Shown in pieces: positions 54,937-64,000 of a DNA stretch of 64,000 bases. The stretch lies in the NCBI GenBank assembly GCA_963829055.1, contig CAWHHI010000003.1, positions 160,001 through 224,000 on the forward strand. Direction: 5' to 3'. The notes under the pieces are model-generated. The model did no database searches and had not been told where the DNA came from. It saw only the letters and a program-made list of their open reading frames with translations. Position 1 is the first letter of the stretch. Every line of letters begins with the position of its first letter. This DNA comes from an uncultured Gemmatimonadaceae bacterium. GTDB lineage: Bacteria; Gemmatimonadota; Gemmatimonadetes; Gemmatimonadales; Gemmatimonadaceae. A program made the position numbers and the translations under genes.

Positions 54937-56434
54937 CTAGGACGCTCCAGCGCGCCTAACGACGAGCGCGAGGCCGCGACCGCGGCGGCCACGCGCCCTG
55001 ACCGTCGAGTCCTGCAGCGCGAGCGCGTCGGCCGTCGTGCCGTTGAACGTGCTCGCCCACACCGTCGAATCGTTCGCCACGCTCACGAGCCGGACGCTCA
55101 CGCGCAGCCGGTCCCGTGCGCGCTGCACAGTGCCTTCGACCAGCATCGTCGCGTTGAGCGCGCGCGCCGCATCCGCCGGCGTACGAACACCCTGGCGCGC
55201 GGCAGCGGCCGTCGTCTGCGACGACACGCGCACGCCGGGCACGCGCGCGATGGCCGTCGTGAGATCCGACGTGATACCGTCGGCGGCCTGACCTGCCTGC
55301 GCGTCGTTGCCGATGCTCACCAGCGGAAACACCGCGATGGATGGCGGTGCGGCAGACGGCACTGCCACGGCCGGCGCGCCCGCGGCAGCAAGCGAATCGC
55401 GACGCGCCGTGGCAATGCGCGCCGAGTCGGCCGCGGTTCCCGGCGCAGGCGCCGGTTCGGTGAGCACCCACGCGGCCGCGACTGCACCGACGACCAGGAC
55501 GCCAATGCCGATCTCGATGAATCGCTTCCGCCGCTGCTTCGGCGCCTCGGCCGCCTGGAACGCATCGCTCACCTGCACGCCGGGATCGTCGAGCGCGCGC
55601 AGAATCTCGGTCGCGTTCTTCGGTCGCTTCGCCGGCTCCTTCTCGAGACACTGCATGATGAGCGTCGAGAGCGGCCCGCTCACGTCGTAGCGACGCGATG
55701 TGAGCGGCGCCGGCTTCTCGGAGAGCTGCGCCGCGAGCAACGCCTGCGGCGAGCGTCCGTGAAACGGCGGCGCGCCGGTGAGCATCTCGTACGCGACGAT
55801 GCCGAGCGCGTAGAGATCGGCGCGATGGTCCGTGGACGGATCGGCCGCGGCCTGCTCGGGCGCCATGTACGCCGGTGTGCCGAGTGACGTGCCGACACCC
55901 GTCATGGTGGGCGATGGCGTCTTGACGCCCATGCTGCTGCCGCGACGCCGAGAGCGCTTTCGCGACGCCGAAGTCGGTGACGACCGCCGCGCCCGCCGCG
56001 AGCAGCACGTTGTCCGGCTTGATGTCGCGATGGATGATGCCGCGCCCGTGCGCGAACGCGAGCGCGCGCACGACGTCCTTGAGAATCGTGACCGTCTCGC
56101 GGACCGAGAGCGGTCCGCGCATCATGCGCGCGCGGAGCGACTCACCGTCGATGAACGGCATGATGAAGTACGGCAGCGCACCGAACTCACCCGCGCTCAG
56201 GACGGGAACGATGTTCGGGTGCTGCAGCCCCGCGGCCAACATGATCTCGCGCTTGAACCGCTCCGCCGAGATGGTCGCCGTCACGCTTGGCGGCAGCAGC
56301 TTGATCACCACTCGGCGATCGAGGCGCTCGTCGCGCGCGACGAACACGCGCGACATCCCGCCGCCGCCGAGCTCGCGCTCGAGGGCGTAGGTGTTGCCGA
56401 AATGGGCCTGCAGGTCTGCCAGGAGGTCGGTCAC
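54937..56434 (-). CDS. Ser/Thr protein kinase with TM and TolB-like domain, frameshift near 55950
   Basis: ELGGGGMSRVF, HRDIKPDN, TDFGVAK, GTPAYMAPEQ and SIAVFPL...EGTVQR. Confidence 0.9.
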
Positions 56435-56979
56435 GGATTCGGGCGGATTTCGTTAGGGCCGGCGGGCTACAGCATACGCGAAGATTACACCGCGTCAACG
56501 CGCGGGTTGCCGGCGGTCGGGCCCTCGAGGGAACGGTTCGTCCCGCCACTGTGTGCGTACGAGCGTGGCGGGTACCAGGTTGCTACACGCTCGTCCCGCT
56601 CGCTGCGCCAATCGACGCCATCCTCTGCATGACGAGGCGCGCTCGGCGAACGTGCCGTATACCGCACAGGTGCCAGAATGCGACGTTCGAAGATTCCGAT
56701 CGCCATAGCTGTCGCCGTTTCCGCGACGGTCGTCCTCGCGCCACTCGCGCCACTCCACGTGCTCTTTCCCGGATCACCGGATGTGACGACGGGCCATTCG
56801 TGGCCGCCAGCGCACGATACCGCTATCTGGCGCGCGCTCGGAGACACGGCGGAGCGATGAGCACGGGGCACGCCGAGCAGGTCTCACGAGCTCAAGGGAA
56901 GCGGCATGCTGCTCGTGAAGTCCTCCGCGCGGCGCGCGATGACGCACGCGCCGCCTAACGACGTGATCGTTGGTGAAGG

Positions 56980-57804
56980 TTACGGGTTGGCCTCGGGGTC
57001 CTTCTTCACTTTGCGCGCCGAGCCCGGCTCCGACAGCTTGCGATGCATTTCGGCGGTCACCTTGTCGGGCGTGACCTGCGCCATCGTGCTCTGCACCTTG
57101 TTCTTGAACGAGCCCGCCACGACGTGATCCTTACCGGCCATCAGCGCCTCGAAGCCGTCGCGCGCGACGTCGGCGGGATCGTCCTTCTTGTCGGCGCCGA
57201 CCTTCGTGTCCTGCATGCCCGCGCGGTCGAAGAAGTTCGTGTCCGTGGGGCCGGGCTGCAGCGCCGTCACCGTGATGTTCGTGTCCTTGAGCTCATTGCG
57301 AAGCGCTTCCGAGAACGAGAGCAGGAACGCTTTCGACGCGCCGTAGACCGCCTCGAACGGCGCGGGCATCTCGGCCGCGATCGATGAGGTGAACAGAATC
57401 TTCCCCTCGCCCCGCTCCGCCATGTGCTGCACGACATGCTTCGCGAGGTGCACCGCGCCGGTGACGTTCAGATTGATGAGATTGATCTCCTCCTCGAGAT
57501 CGGTCTCGAGGAACGGACCGCCGACGCCGACGCCGGCGTTGATCGCGATCGCGTCCACGGGACGCCCCATTTCCTCGATGCGTTCCCAGAGCTCCTCGAC
57601 TCCGTCCTCCGTTGCGAGATCGGCCTGAACACTTTCCACCATTGGCCCGAGCGATCGCAACTGGTCCGCCGCGGATTCGATTGCTTCATCCTCGGCGACA
57701 ATGACGAGGTCGTAGCCGTTCTGTGCGAACAGTTTGGCGAGCTCGAGTCCAATGCCGCTCGATGCGCCAGTGACGACGGCGAGTTGTCCGCTGGAGTTTT
57801 CCAT
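56980..57804 (-). CDS. SDR family oxidoreductase
   Basis: TGASSGIG, INAG, YGASK and QPGPTDT. Confidence 0.92.
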   Translation of the reverse strand: MENSSGQLAVVTGASSGIGLELAKLFAQNGYDLVIVAEDEAIESAADQLRSLGPMVESVQADLATEDGVEELWERIEEMGRPVDAIAINAGVGVGGPFLETDLEEEINLINLNVTGAVHLAKHVVQHMAERGEGKILFTSSIAAEMPAPFEAVYGASKAFLLSFSEALRNELKDTNITVTALQPGPTDTNFFDRAGMQDTKVGADKKDDPADVARDGFEALMAGKDHVVAGSFKNKVQSTMAQVTPDKVTAEMHRKLSEPGSARKVKKDPEANP

Positions 57805-57987
57805 ACACACCTATCCTTTGGGAAGCCACAGTTCGCGCGCCTGGTAGCGACGCGGAGCGGCGGACAGCGCAAATGCAACGCCGCTGGCGCCGCTGTTGCG
57901 GAAATGTTCGCGCCGACTCGTGTGTCGACTCGCACCGCCGTGCACCGTCGCTTGCGCGGTCCATCCAATTGTCCGCACTATTTCGCC

Positions 57988-59265
57988 GTGCGCTTCGGAC
58001 TACTCACGGTGCACCGAGTGCTCGTGATGTTGGCGACGCTCGGGTGTGCCTCACGATCGGCGACGACGCCGGCTATTTCCGCAACCGCGACCTCGGCCGT
58101 TGTCAGGCCGGGGCTCGATGCGTTCGTCGCCAATCCGCCCGACTGGGCGCGCGGCAAGCGCATCGGTCTCATCACGAACGTCGCGGGCATCGACTCGCGC
58201 GGGCGCAACAACATCGATCTGCTCAAGGCCGACGCGCGCATCCGGCTGACGACGTTGTTCGCGTTCGAGCATGGGCTGCGCGGCGACGCGCCCGCGGGGC
58301 AGGCCATCGCGTCAGGCACCGATGCGAAGACCGGCCTTCCCGTGTACTCGCTCTACGGTGACGTGCGCGAGCCGACGGCCGAGATGCTGCGTGATGTCGA
58401 CGTGCTCATGTACGACGTGCAGGACGTCGGCGCGCGACCGTACACGCGCGTGTCGACGATGGCGCTCTCGATGAAGGCCGCGGCCGCGAAGGGCATTCCG
58501 TTCGCGGTGCTCGACCGGCCCAATCCCATCGGCGGAACGATCGTCGAGGGTCCGGTGCTCGATCCGGCGTTCGCGTCGTTCGTCGGCATGTATCCGATCC
58601 CGCTCCGGCACGGCATGACCGTGGGCGAGCTCGCGCGGTTGTACAACGAGCGGTTCGGCATCGGCGCGACGCTGTACGTCGTGCCCGTAGCGGGTTGGCG
58701 GCGCGACATGATGCTCGACGCCACCGGGCTCCCGTACATCCCGCCATCGCCGAACCTGCGTCGGCTCGAGGCGGCGATCCTCTATCCGGGGACGGTGCTG
58801 CTCGAGGGGACGAACATCTCGGAAGGGCGAGGGACGGAGCTCCCGTTCGAGCAGACCGGCGCGCCGTGGATGCAACCGGACGCCGTGATCCGCGAGATGA
58901 ACGCGCTCGCGCTGCCCGGCGTGCGGTTCGAGGCGGTGCAGATCCGCGTGGACGCGGATGGCCGGCGATTTCCCGGCGAGACGATCCCGGGTGTTCGGCT
59001 CGTCGTCACCGACCGCGGCTCATATCGTGCGGTCCGAACGGCAATGCTCCTGATCGACACGGTCCATCGCCTGTACCCTAACGAGTTCGCCTGGGCGGGC
59101 GGGAACCAGCGCGAGCCCGGCATGCGGACCATCGACCGCCTCGCCGGCACGGATCGGTTCCGGTCTGCCGTCGATGCTGGAACACTCAGGCCGCTGCTCG
59201 ACGAGTGGGATAGGCAGGCCGAGGCGTTCCGCGTCCTTCGAGAGCCGTTCCTGTTGTACAGGTAA
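57988..59265 (+). CDS. namZ: Exo-beta-N-acetylmuramidase NamZ family (DUF1343), start approximate
   Basis: GLITN, EHGLRG, YSLYG, DVQDVGAR, LDRPNP, RHGMTVGELA, PPSPN and SEGRGT. Confidence 0.85.
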   Translation: MRFGLLTVHRVLVMLATLGCASRSATTPAISATATSAVVRPGLDAFVANPPDWARGKRIGLITNVAGIDSRGRNNIDLLKADARIRLTTLFAFEHGLRGDAPAGQAIASGTDAKTGLPVYSLYGDVREPTAEMLRDVDVLMYDVQDVGARPYTRVSTMALSMKAAAAKGIPFAVLDRPNPIGGTIVEGPVLDPAFASFVGMYPIPLRHGMTVGELARLYNERFGIGATLYVVPVAGWRRDMMLDATGLPYIPPSPNLRRLEAAILYPGTVLLEGTNISEGRGTELPFEQTGAPWMQPDAVIREMNALALPGVRFEAVQIRVDADGRRFPGETIPGVRLVVTDRGSYRAVRTAMLLIDTVHRLYPNEFAWAGGNQREPGMRTIDRLAGTDRFRSAVDAGTLRPLLDEWDRQAEAFRVLREPFLLYR

Positions 59266-59301
59266 AGTCGCGGGACCCAACCCGTCACAACGGAGGCGAC
59301 T

Positions 59302-62211
59302 GTGCAAGCTCGTGCGTCAACCCTCCTTCGACGCCTGGTGGGCGTCGAGCCCACCGCTGTTCGCACCGTCCACGCCGCGCACTCGTTAGGTCGAGCCCGC
59401 CTGGCGCGGATGGCCGTGGCTGTTTGCACCGTGGTCGCTGCCGTGACCGCTATCGCCCCACTCGCCGCTCAGACGACCGTGTCGGTGACCGGACGCGTCA
59501 CTGCCCAGGGCCGGCCTGTTGCGGACGCGCAGATCGGCGTCACCGACCGGGAAACGAACCAGGTTCGCGGCACGCGCACGTCGTCGAATGGCGACTACGC
59601 AGTCGTGGGTCTCGCGCCCGGCGTGTATTCGGTGCGCGTGCAGCGCGTCGGCTTCGCGCCCGCGACGCAGGAAATCCGTCTCCTCGTCGGCCAGCACGCG
59701 ACGCTCAACTTCGCGATCGAGGAAACAGCGGTCGCGTTGAGCGGCGTGCAGGTGTCCGCGGAACCGCGCGCTACGTTCGAAGCGCAGCGGACCGATCTCT
59801 CTGCTCCGGTGGTGCAGGCGGAGATTCAGAATCTGCCGCTCAATACGCGCAACACGCTCAACCTCGCGGCGATCGTGCCGGGCATCAAGACGTACGCTCC
59901 GACGGCGGGGCGATCGCTGCCTGCGGCTGGCGCGTTACCCGACCTGCGGTTCTACAACTTCTATCTCGATGGTGTCGAGTGGAAATCGATGTTCAACGGC
60001 AACCTCGTCGGCATTCCGCAGACGGGCTCGCCGATTCCGCAGGAAGCGTTGCGCGAGTTCCGCGTACACCTCAATCCGTATGATGCGGAGCTGACGCGGG
60101 GTGGCTCGTACATCATCAGTGCGGTGACACAGCGCGGAACGAACGACCAGCAGGGCTCGGCGTTCCTGTACTTCCAGAACAACGACATGCGCGCGCTCGA
60201 TGAGTTCCAGCGTCGCACACGCGCGCGGTCGCCGGACACGTACGAGCGAACGCCCTACGACCGCCAGCAGTTCGGCTTCAACCTTCGCGGTCCCATCATC
60301 AGGGACAAGCTGTTCTACTCGGCCAACTACGAGCTGGGGAACACGAACGACAACATCGAGGTCGTGCCGGGTCAGCCGGCGTTCAATCCCGGCCAGTGGG
60401 ACCAGTACGCCGGCACGTACAGCGCGCCGACGAAGAATCACACCGGTGTGCTGCGCCTAACGTCGCCGATGAGCGACAAGCACACGGAAGACCTCATCTA
60501 CGCCGGCCGCTACTACGACTCGGAGACGTTCTTCGGCGCGACCGAAGCGCGCGAGTCCGGACTCACGGCGAAGTATTCGATTCACAGCATCCAGTTGCGT
60601 GACACCTACACGCCGACCGGTTCGATCGTGAACCAGGCGTCGCTGCATCTGCTCGCCTGGAACCACAACGAGGAGCCGCTCGTCCCGGGACCTCGGTTGG
60701 TGTACCCCAGCATCAACATCGGGCGCAATACGTTCCCACTCATCCTGCGAGAACGTCATCTGCGCGCGATCGACAAGCTCACGTATACGCTGCCGGGCGG
60801 GAAGCACATTCTGAACACCGGCGTCGAGGTCACGCATGTGAACACGTCGAGCTACCTGCCGTCGAATCGCGACGGGCTGTTCGAGTACCGCACCGACACG
60901 AGCGCGCAGCCGTTCCGCGCGACCGTCGGCGTGGGCTTCTTCAATCCCACCACGACCGAGGACGCGAAGGCGACGGCGACCGGCTGGGTGGCAGGCGGGT
61001 ACGTGCAGGACGAGTGGCGCGCGACCGAGGACTTCACGCTCACGCTCGGTCTGCGCTATGACGCCGAGATCAATACGCTGGCGAACGACTTCGTCGATCC
61101 GTGGGCGAGCGATCCGACGCTGCAGGCCGCGCTGCCCGGTTTCCTGAATGAGGGAAATCGGAAGAACGATCTGAACAACTTTGCGCCGCGCGTCGCGTTC
61201 TCGTGGGACATGACGGGCAAGGACCGCACGTTCCTCCGCGGCGGGTGGGGCATCATGAACGGCCGCTTCCCGAGCACGAACGCGTTCTCGGAGGTGCAGG
61301 CCGCCGGCTGGCGCAGCTACGAGGTTCAGAACCCCGGGAATGCGACCGTCGAGCAGTTGCGGCAGCTGGTCATCGCGGGGAACGTGCCGCTGCGGCCGAA
61401 CATCACGCTCGTGGCGACGGACATCAAGACCCCGCAGACGGTGCAGGTGTCGTTAGGCCTCGGCCAGGTGATCACGGACGACATCGTGATGAATCTGGAC
61501 TTCGTCGATCAGGAAGGGCGCGACCTGTACGTGAACTACAACGCGAATCCGATCCTGCCGACGACGAACGCGCGCAAGCTGACGCCCAACTTCGGCAACA
61601 TCACCGTGTGGGACGATTTCGCGAAGGCGCGCTTCCGTGCGTTCACGGTGGGCGGCACGTGGGAGCGGTCGGCGAATCCGCTGCGCCCCAAGCGCATGAG
61701 CCTCGCCTACACCCTCGGCTACTACAAGGCGTCGTTCGAGGGGCTCGGCGGCTACGCGGACCCGTCGCAGTTCACGATGCAGCCGACGTCGGGCGACGAG
61801 CGGCATCGCGTGGTGCTGTCGGGGATCGGGCCGCTGCCGTGGGGATTCCAGATCTCGGGCATCGGGATCGTGGCGTCGCCGCATCCGTTCGCGGTGACCG
61901 ATGGCCGCGATCTGAACAATTCAGGGTTGACGACGGACGACTGGCCTAACGGGCAGCGCGTGCAGGACACCGACGGCGGCTGGGACGACATGTATCGCAC
62001 GATCGACCTGCGCCTGGCGCGCAACTTCACGATCGGCGCAACGCGCGCTCAGCTCAGTGTGGAGGTGTTCAATCTGTTCAACTGGGTGAACTGGTCGGGG
62101 TACAGCGGCACGGTCAACGACCGAAACGGCAACCAGCTGTCGAGTTTCGGCCTGCCTAACGGTGCTCTGGCGCCGCGTCAGGCGCAGATCGGTATCCGAT
62201 ATGACTTCTGA
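59302..62211 (+). CDS. TonB-dependent receptor (Oar-like, N-terminal carboxypeptidase-regulatory-like domain)
   Basis: IQNLPLNTRN, DRQQFGFNLRGPIIRDK, YVQDEW, DLNNFAPR and terminal QIGIRYDF. Start may be 59410. Confidence 0.9.
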   Translation: MQARASTLLRRLVGVEPTAVRTVHAAHSLGRARLARMAVAVCTVVAAVTAIAPLAAQTTVSVTGRVTAQGRPVADAQIGVTDRETNQVRGTRTSSNGDYAVVGLAPGVYSVRVQRVGFAPATQEIRLLVGQHATLNFAIEETAVALSGVQVSAEPRATFEAQRTDLSAPVVQAEIQNLPLNTRNTLNLAAIVPGIKTYAPTAGRSLPAAGALPDLRFYNFYLDGVEWKSMFNGNLVGIPQTGSPIPQEALREFRVHLNPYDAELTRGGSYIISAVTQRGTNDQQGSAFLYFQNNDMRALDEFQRRTRARSPDTYERTPYDRQQFGFNLRGPIIRDKLFYSANYELGNTNDNIEVVPGQPAFNPGQWDQYAGTYSAPTKNHTGVLRLTSPMSDKHTEDLIYAGRYYDSETFFGATEARESGLTAKYSIHSIQLRDTYTPTGSIVNQASLHLLAWNHNEEPLVPGPRLVYPSINIGRNTFPLILRERHLRAIDKLTYTLPGGKHILNTGVEVTHVNTSSYLPSNRDGLFEYRTDTSAQPFRATVGVGFFNPTTTEDAKATATGWVAGGYVQDEWRATEDFTLTLGLRYDAEINTLANDFVDPWASDPTLQAALPGFLNEGNRKNDLNNFAPRVAFSWDMTGKDRTFLRGGWGIMNGRFPSTNAFSEVQAAGWRSYEVQNPGNATVEQLRQLVIAGNVPLRPNITLVATDIKTPQTVQVSLGLGQVITDDIVMNLDFVDQEGRDLYVNYNANPILPTTNARKLTPNFGNITVWDDFAKARFRAFTVGGTWERSANPLRPKRMSLAYTLGYYKASFEGLGGYADPSQFTMQPTSGDERHRVVLSGIGPLPWGFQISGIGIVASPHPFAVTDGRDLNNSGLTTDDWPNGQRVQDTDGGWDDMYRTIDLRLARNFTIGATRAQLSVEVFNLFNWVNWSGYSGTVNDRNGNQLSSFGLPNGALAPRQAQIGIRYDF

Positions 62212-62266
62212 TCCAGCGAAGGCGATCGAGTAGGCTGGATCAATCCGGATTTGGCATTGACGCTTG

Positions 62267-62680
62267 CGTCGCGCCGGGGCCGGTGGGAACTACGATTGGG
62301 CGGATCGGTACGGCGAAACTGCCGGATACGGCTTTGCATCCCGGCATCATCGCGCCGCGGCCGGTGAGAACAACGATGGCGCGGATGACGCGGTAGAAGC
62401 ACGATAGGGCGTAGCGCGAGTCGATCTCCTCTCGCCGCAACGAGCCGGGAACTTCGGGAACGGCCGCTCGGGAGACTCCTGTGTCCCGAGCGGCCGTTCC
62501 CATTAATTCAGAGTCCGGCGAGGCCAGCGTCGATGCAAAGTTGTATCCGGCCGTTTTCCGTGTCATCCGCGAAATCGTAGTTCCCACCGGCCGGGCGCGA
62601 TGGTGCCTCAATGCAAAGTCGTATCCGGCCCTTTCAGCAGTTTCCGCACAATCGCAGTTCCCACCGGCCCCGCGCGACAC
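62267..62680. repeat. Family A element, copy 5 (extra right-arm unit)
   Basis: Same arms and central hairpin; two right arms. Confidence 0.9.
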
Positions 62681-62710
62681 GATCCTCAATGCCAATTCCC
62701 ATGACGAGGA

Positions 62711-63990
62711 TCACGGCGCTCGATTCTGCGTCATCGTTGCTTCCCAATCGCGCAGCCGAGAATCGACCACCGACTGCTGCACGACGTCGGCAACGGCACG
62801 GCGGAGCGGGCCGATCTTCTGGTTGTCGCGCGTCGGGTTCACGCGGTTCGTCAGCAGCACCACGAACAGCTCGCGCTCCGGATCCGCCCAGATCGATGTT
62901 CCAGTGAAGCCGGTGTGCCCGAAGCTCCGCAACGAGAAGAATCGTCCCGCACTCGACTGCGGAGACGGCGTGTCCCAGCCTAACGCGCGACTCGCGTCCG
63001 GACGCTGGCGTGCCGTCCATCGCGCGACCGTCGACGGCCTGACGATCCGCGTACCGGCGTAGGACCCGCCGTTGAGCAGCATCTGCACGAACACGGCGAG
63101 ATCGCGCGCGCTCGAGAACAGGCCGGCGTTCCCCGACACGCCGCCGAGGACCCACGCCGTCTCGTCGTGCACGACGCCCCACACCTGACCGCCGCGGAAG
63201 TCCTCGGTCTCCGTCGGCGCGATGCGCGGCTTGAGCGTCTCCGGCGGGTTGTACTGCGTGTCCCGCATCCCCAACGGCCCGAACACGCGCGCCTGCACGA
63301 ACTGATCGAGCGTCTGACCGGTAATGCGCTCGATGATGAATTGCATGAGCACCATGTTCCAGTCCGTGTACTCGACGGCCGAACCCGGCTCCCGCGCGAG
63401 CGGGAACTTCACCATGCCGGCGAAGTACTGCTCGCGCCCCTTCGCTTCCTTCCAGAGAGGGTGATTCGATCGGATGCCGCTCGCGTGCGTGAGCAGCATC
63501 CGCACGGTGATCGCGCGCTTGTCGGGCACGTCGTACTCGGGCAGGTAGCTGGCGACGGTGCGCTCGATGTCGAGCTTCCCTTCCTCTTCGAGGATCATGG
63601 CCGCGGTCGTCGTCGCCACGACCTTCGTGAGCGACGCCATGTCGTACATCGTGCTGTCGGTCGCCGCGGGCGCGCCGGGCGCCCAGTCCGAGTGGCCGTA
63701 CCCGCGTGAGCAACAGCAGCTTGCCGCGCCGAGCGACGGCGATGGTGACGCCCGGCGACGCATGGTCGGCGATCGCCGGCCTTGATCACGGAATCGAGAC
63801 GCGGGATGAGCGCGTTCGACATCCCGACGGCCGCCGGCTTGGCGCGCGTGAGCGCACGCGTCTCGACGGAGTCGGCGTTAGGTGCAGTCCGTTGGGTAGT
63901 CTGGGCCGAGGCGACTGAGGCGAGCGCGGCGGCGCAGGCGAGCGACGCAACCACGCGCGGGAGGCGGACGAGGCGACCGAATCGAGTCAT
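62711..63990 (-). CDS. Serine hydrolase, beta-lactamase family (AmiE/YbbE-like), frameshifted near 63710-63785
   Basis: ASLTK (SxxK), LLTHASG, GVVHDETAWVLGGVSGNAGLFS and FGHTGFTG; signal peptide in ORF 63595..63990. Confidence 0.85.
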
Positions 63991-64000
63991 TGACGATGAG

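Noticed and set aside
56485..56958. Small ORFs between the kinase and SDR genes (e.g. 56678..56860)
   Set aside because: A hydrophobic stretch is present but there is no clear RBS or motif; cannot be supported.
1686..62680. Family A/B repeats as a CRISPR array
   Set aside because: Copies are dispersed, long and palindromic, with no regular repeat-spacer period and no cas genes.
2561..63883. TTAGGC as telomeric or eukaryotic contamination
   Set aside because: Sites are isolated, not tandem arrays, and are embedded in bacterial coding frames.

Overview
GC-rich (roughly 68-70% by eye) bacterial DNA. The gene mix (SusC/SusD pairs, an ADOP-type ABC permease, Ser/Thr kinases with a TolB-like domain, a BTAD-AAA regulator) suggests Gemmatimonadota (inference). 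Many genes carry single-base indels, most likely long-read consensus errors, so coordinates of split genes are approximate. Recognisable content: a xylose cluster (xylA, xylB, sugar ABC transporter, galM); two SusC/SusD loci, one with a vanadium haloperoxidase/PAP2 enzyme; a NamZ/TonB receptor/AmiE-like group; an ECF sigma module; and a LytS/LytTR pair split by that module. The standout is 19440-27377: two tandem small-peptide genes sharing a 45-aa leader ending LEERIAPK (one missing from the ORF track), followed by GAF-HlyD, a periplasmic adaptor and an RRE(PqqD)-M50 protease-HlyD fusion, with no ABC ATPase, TolC or modifying enzyme, and a divergent BTAD/AAA regulator. Non-coding highlights: a strongly over-represented CGTTAGG(C) motif on both strands, a 330-410 bp inverted-repeat element in five co-oriented copies, and several smaller REP-like families, one of which appears to supply a gene's start codon and signal peptide. 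No rRNA, tRNA, CRISPR array or transposase was recognised.
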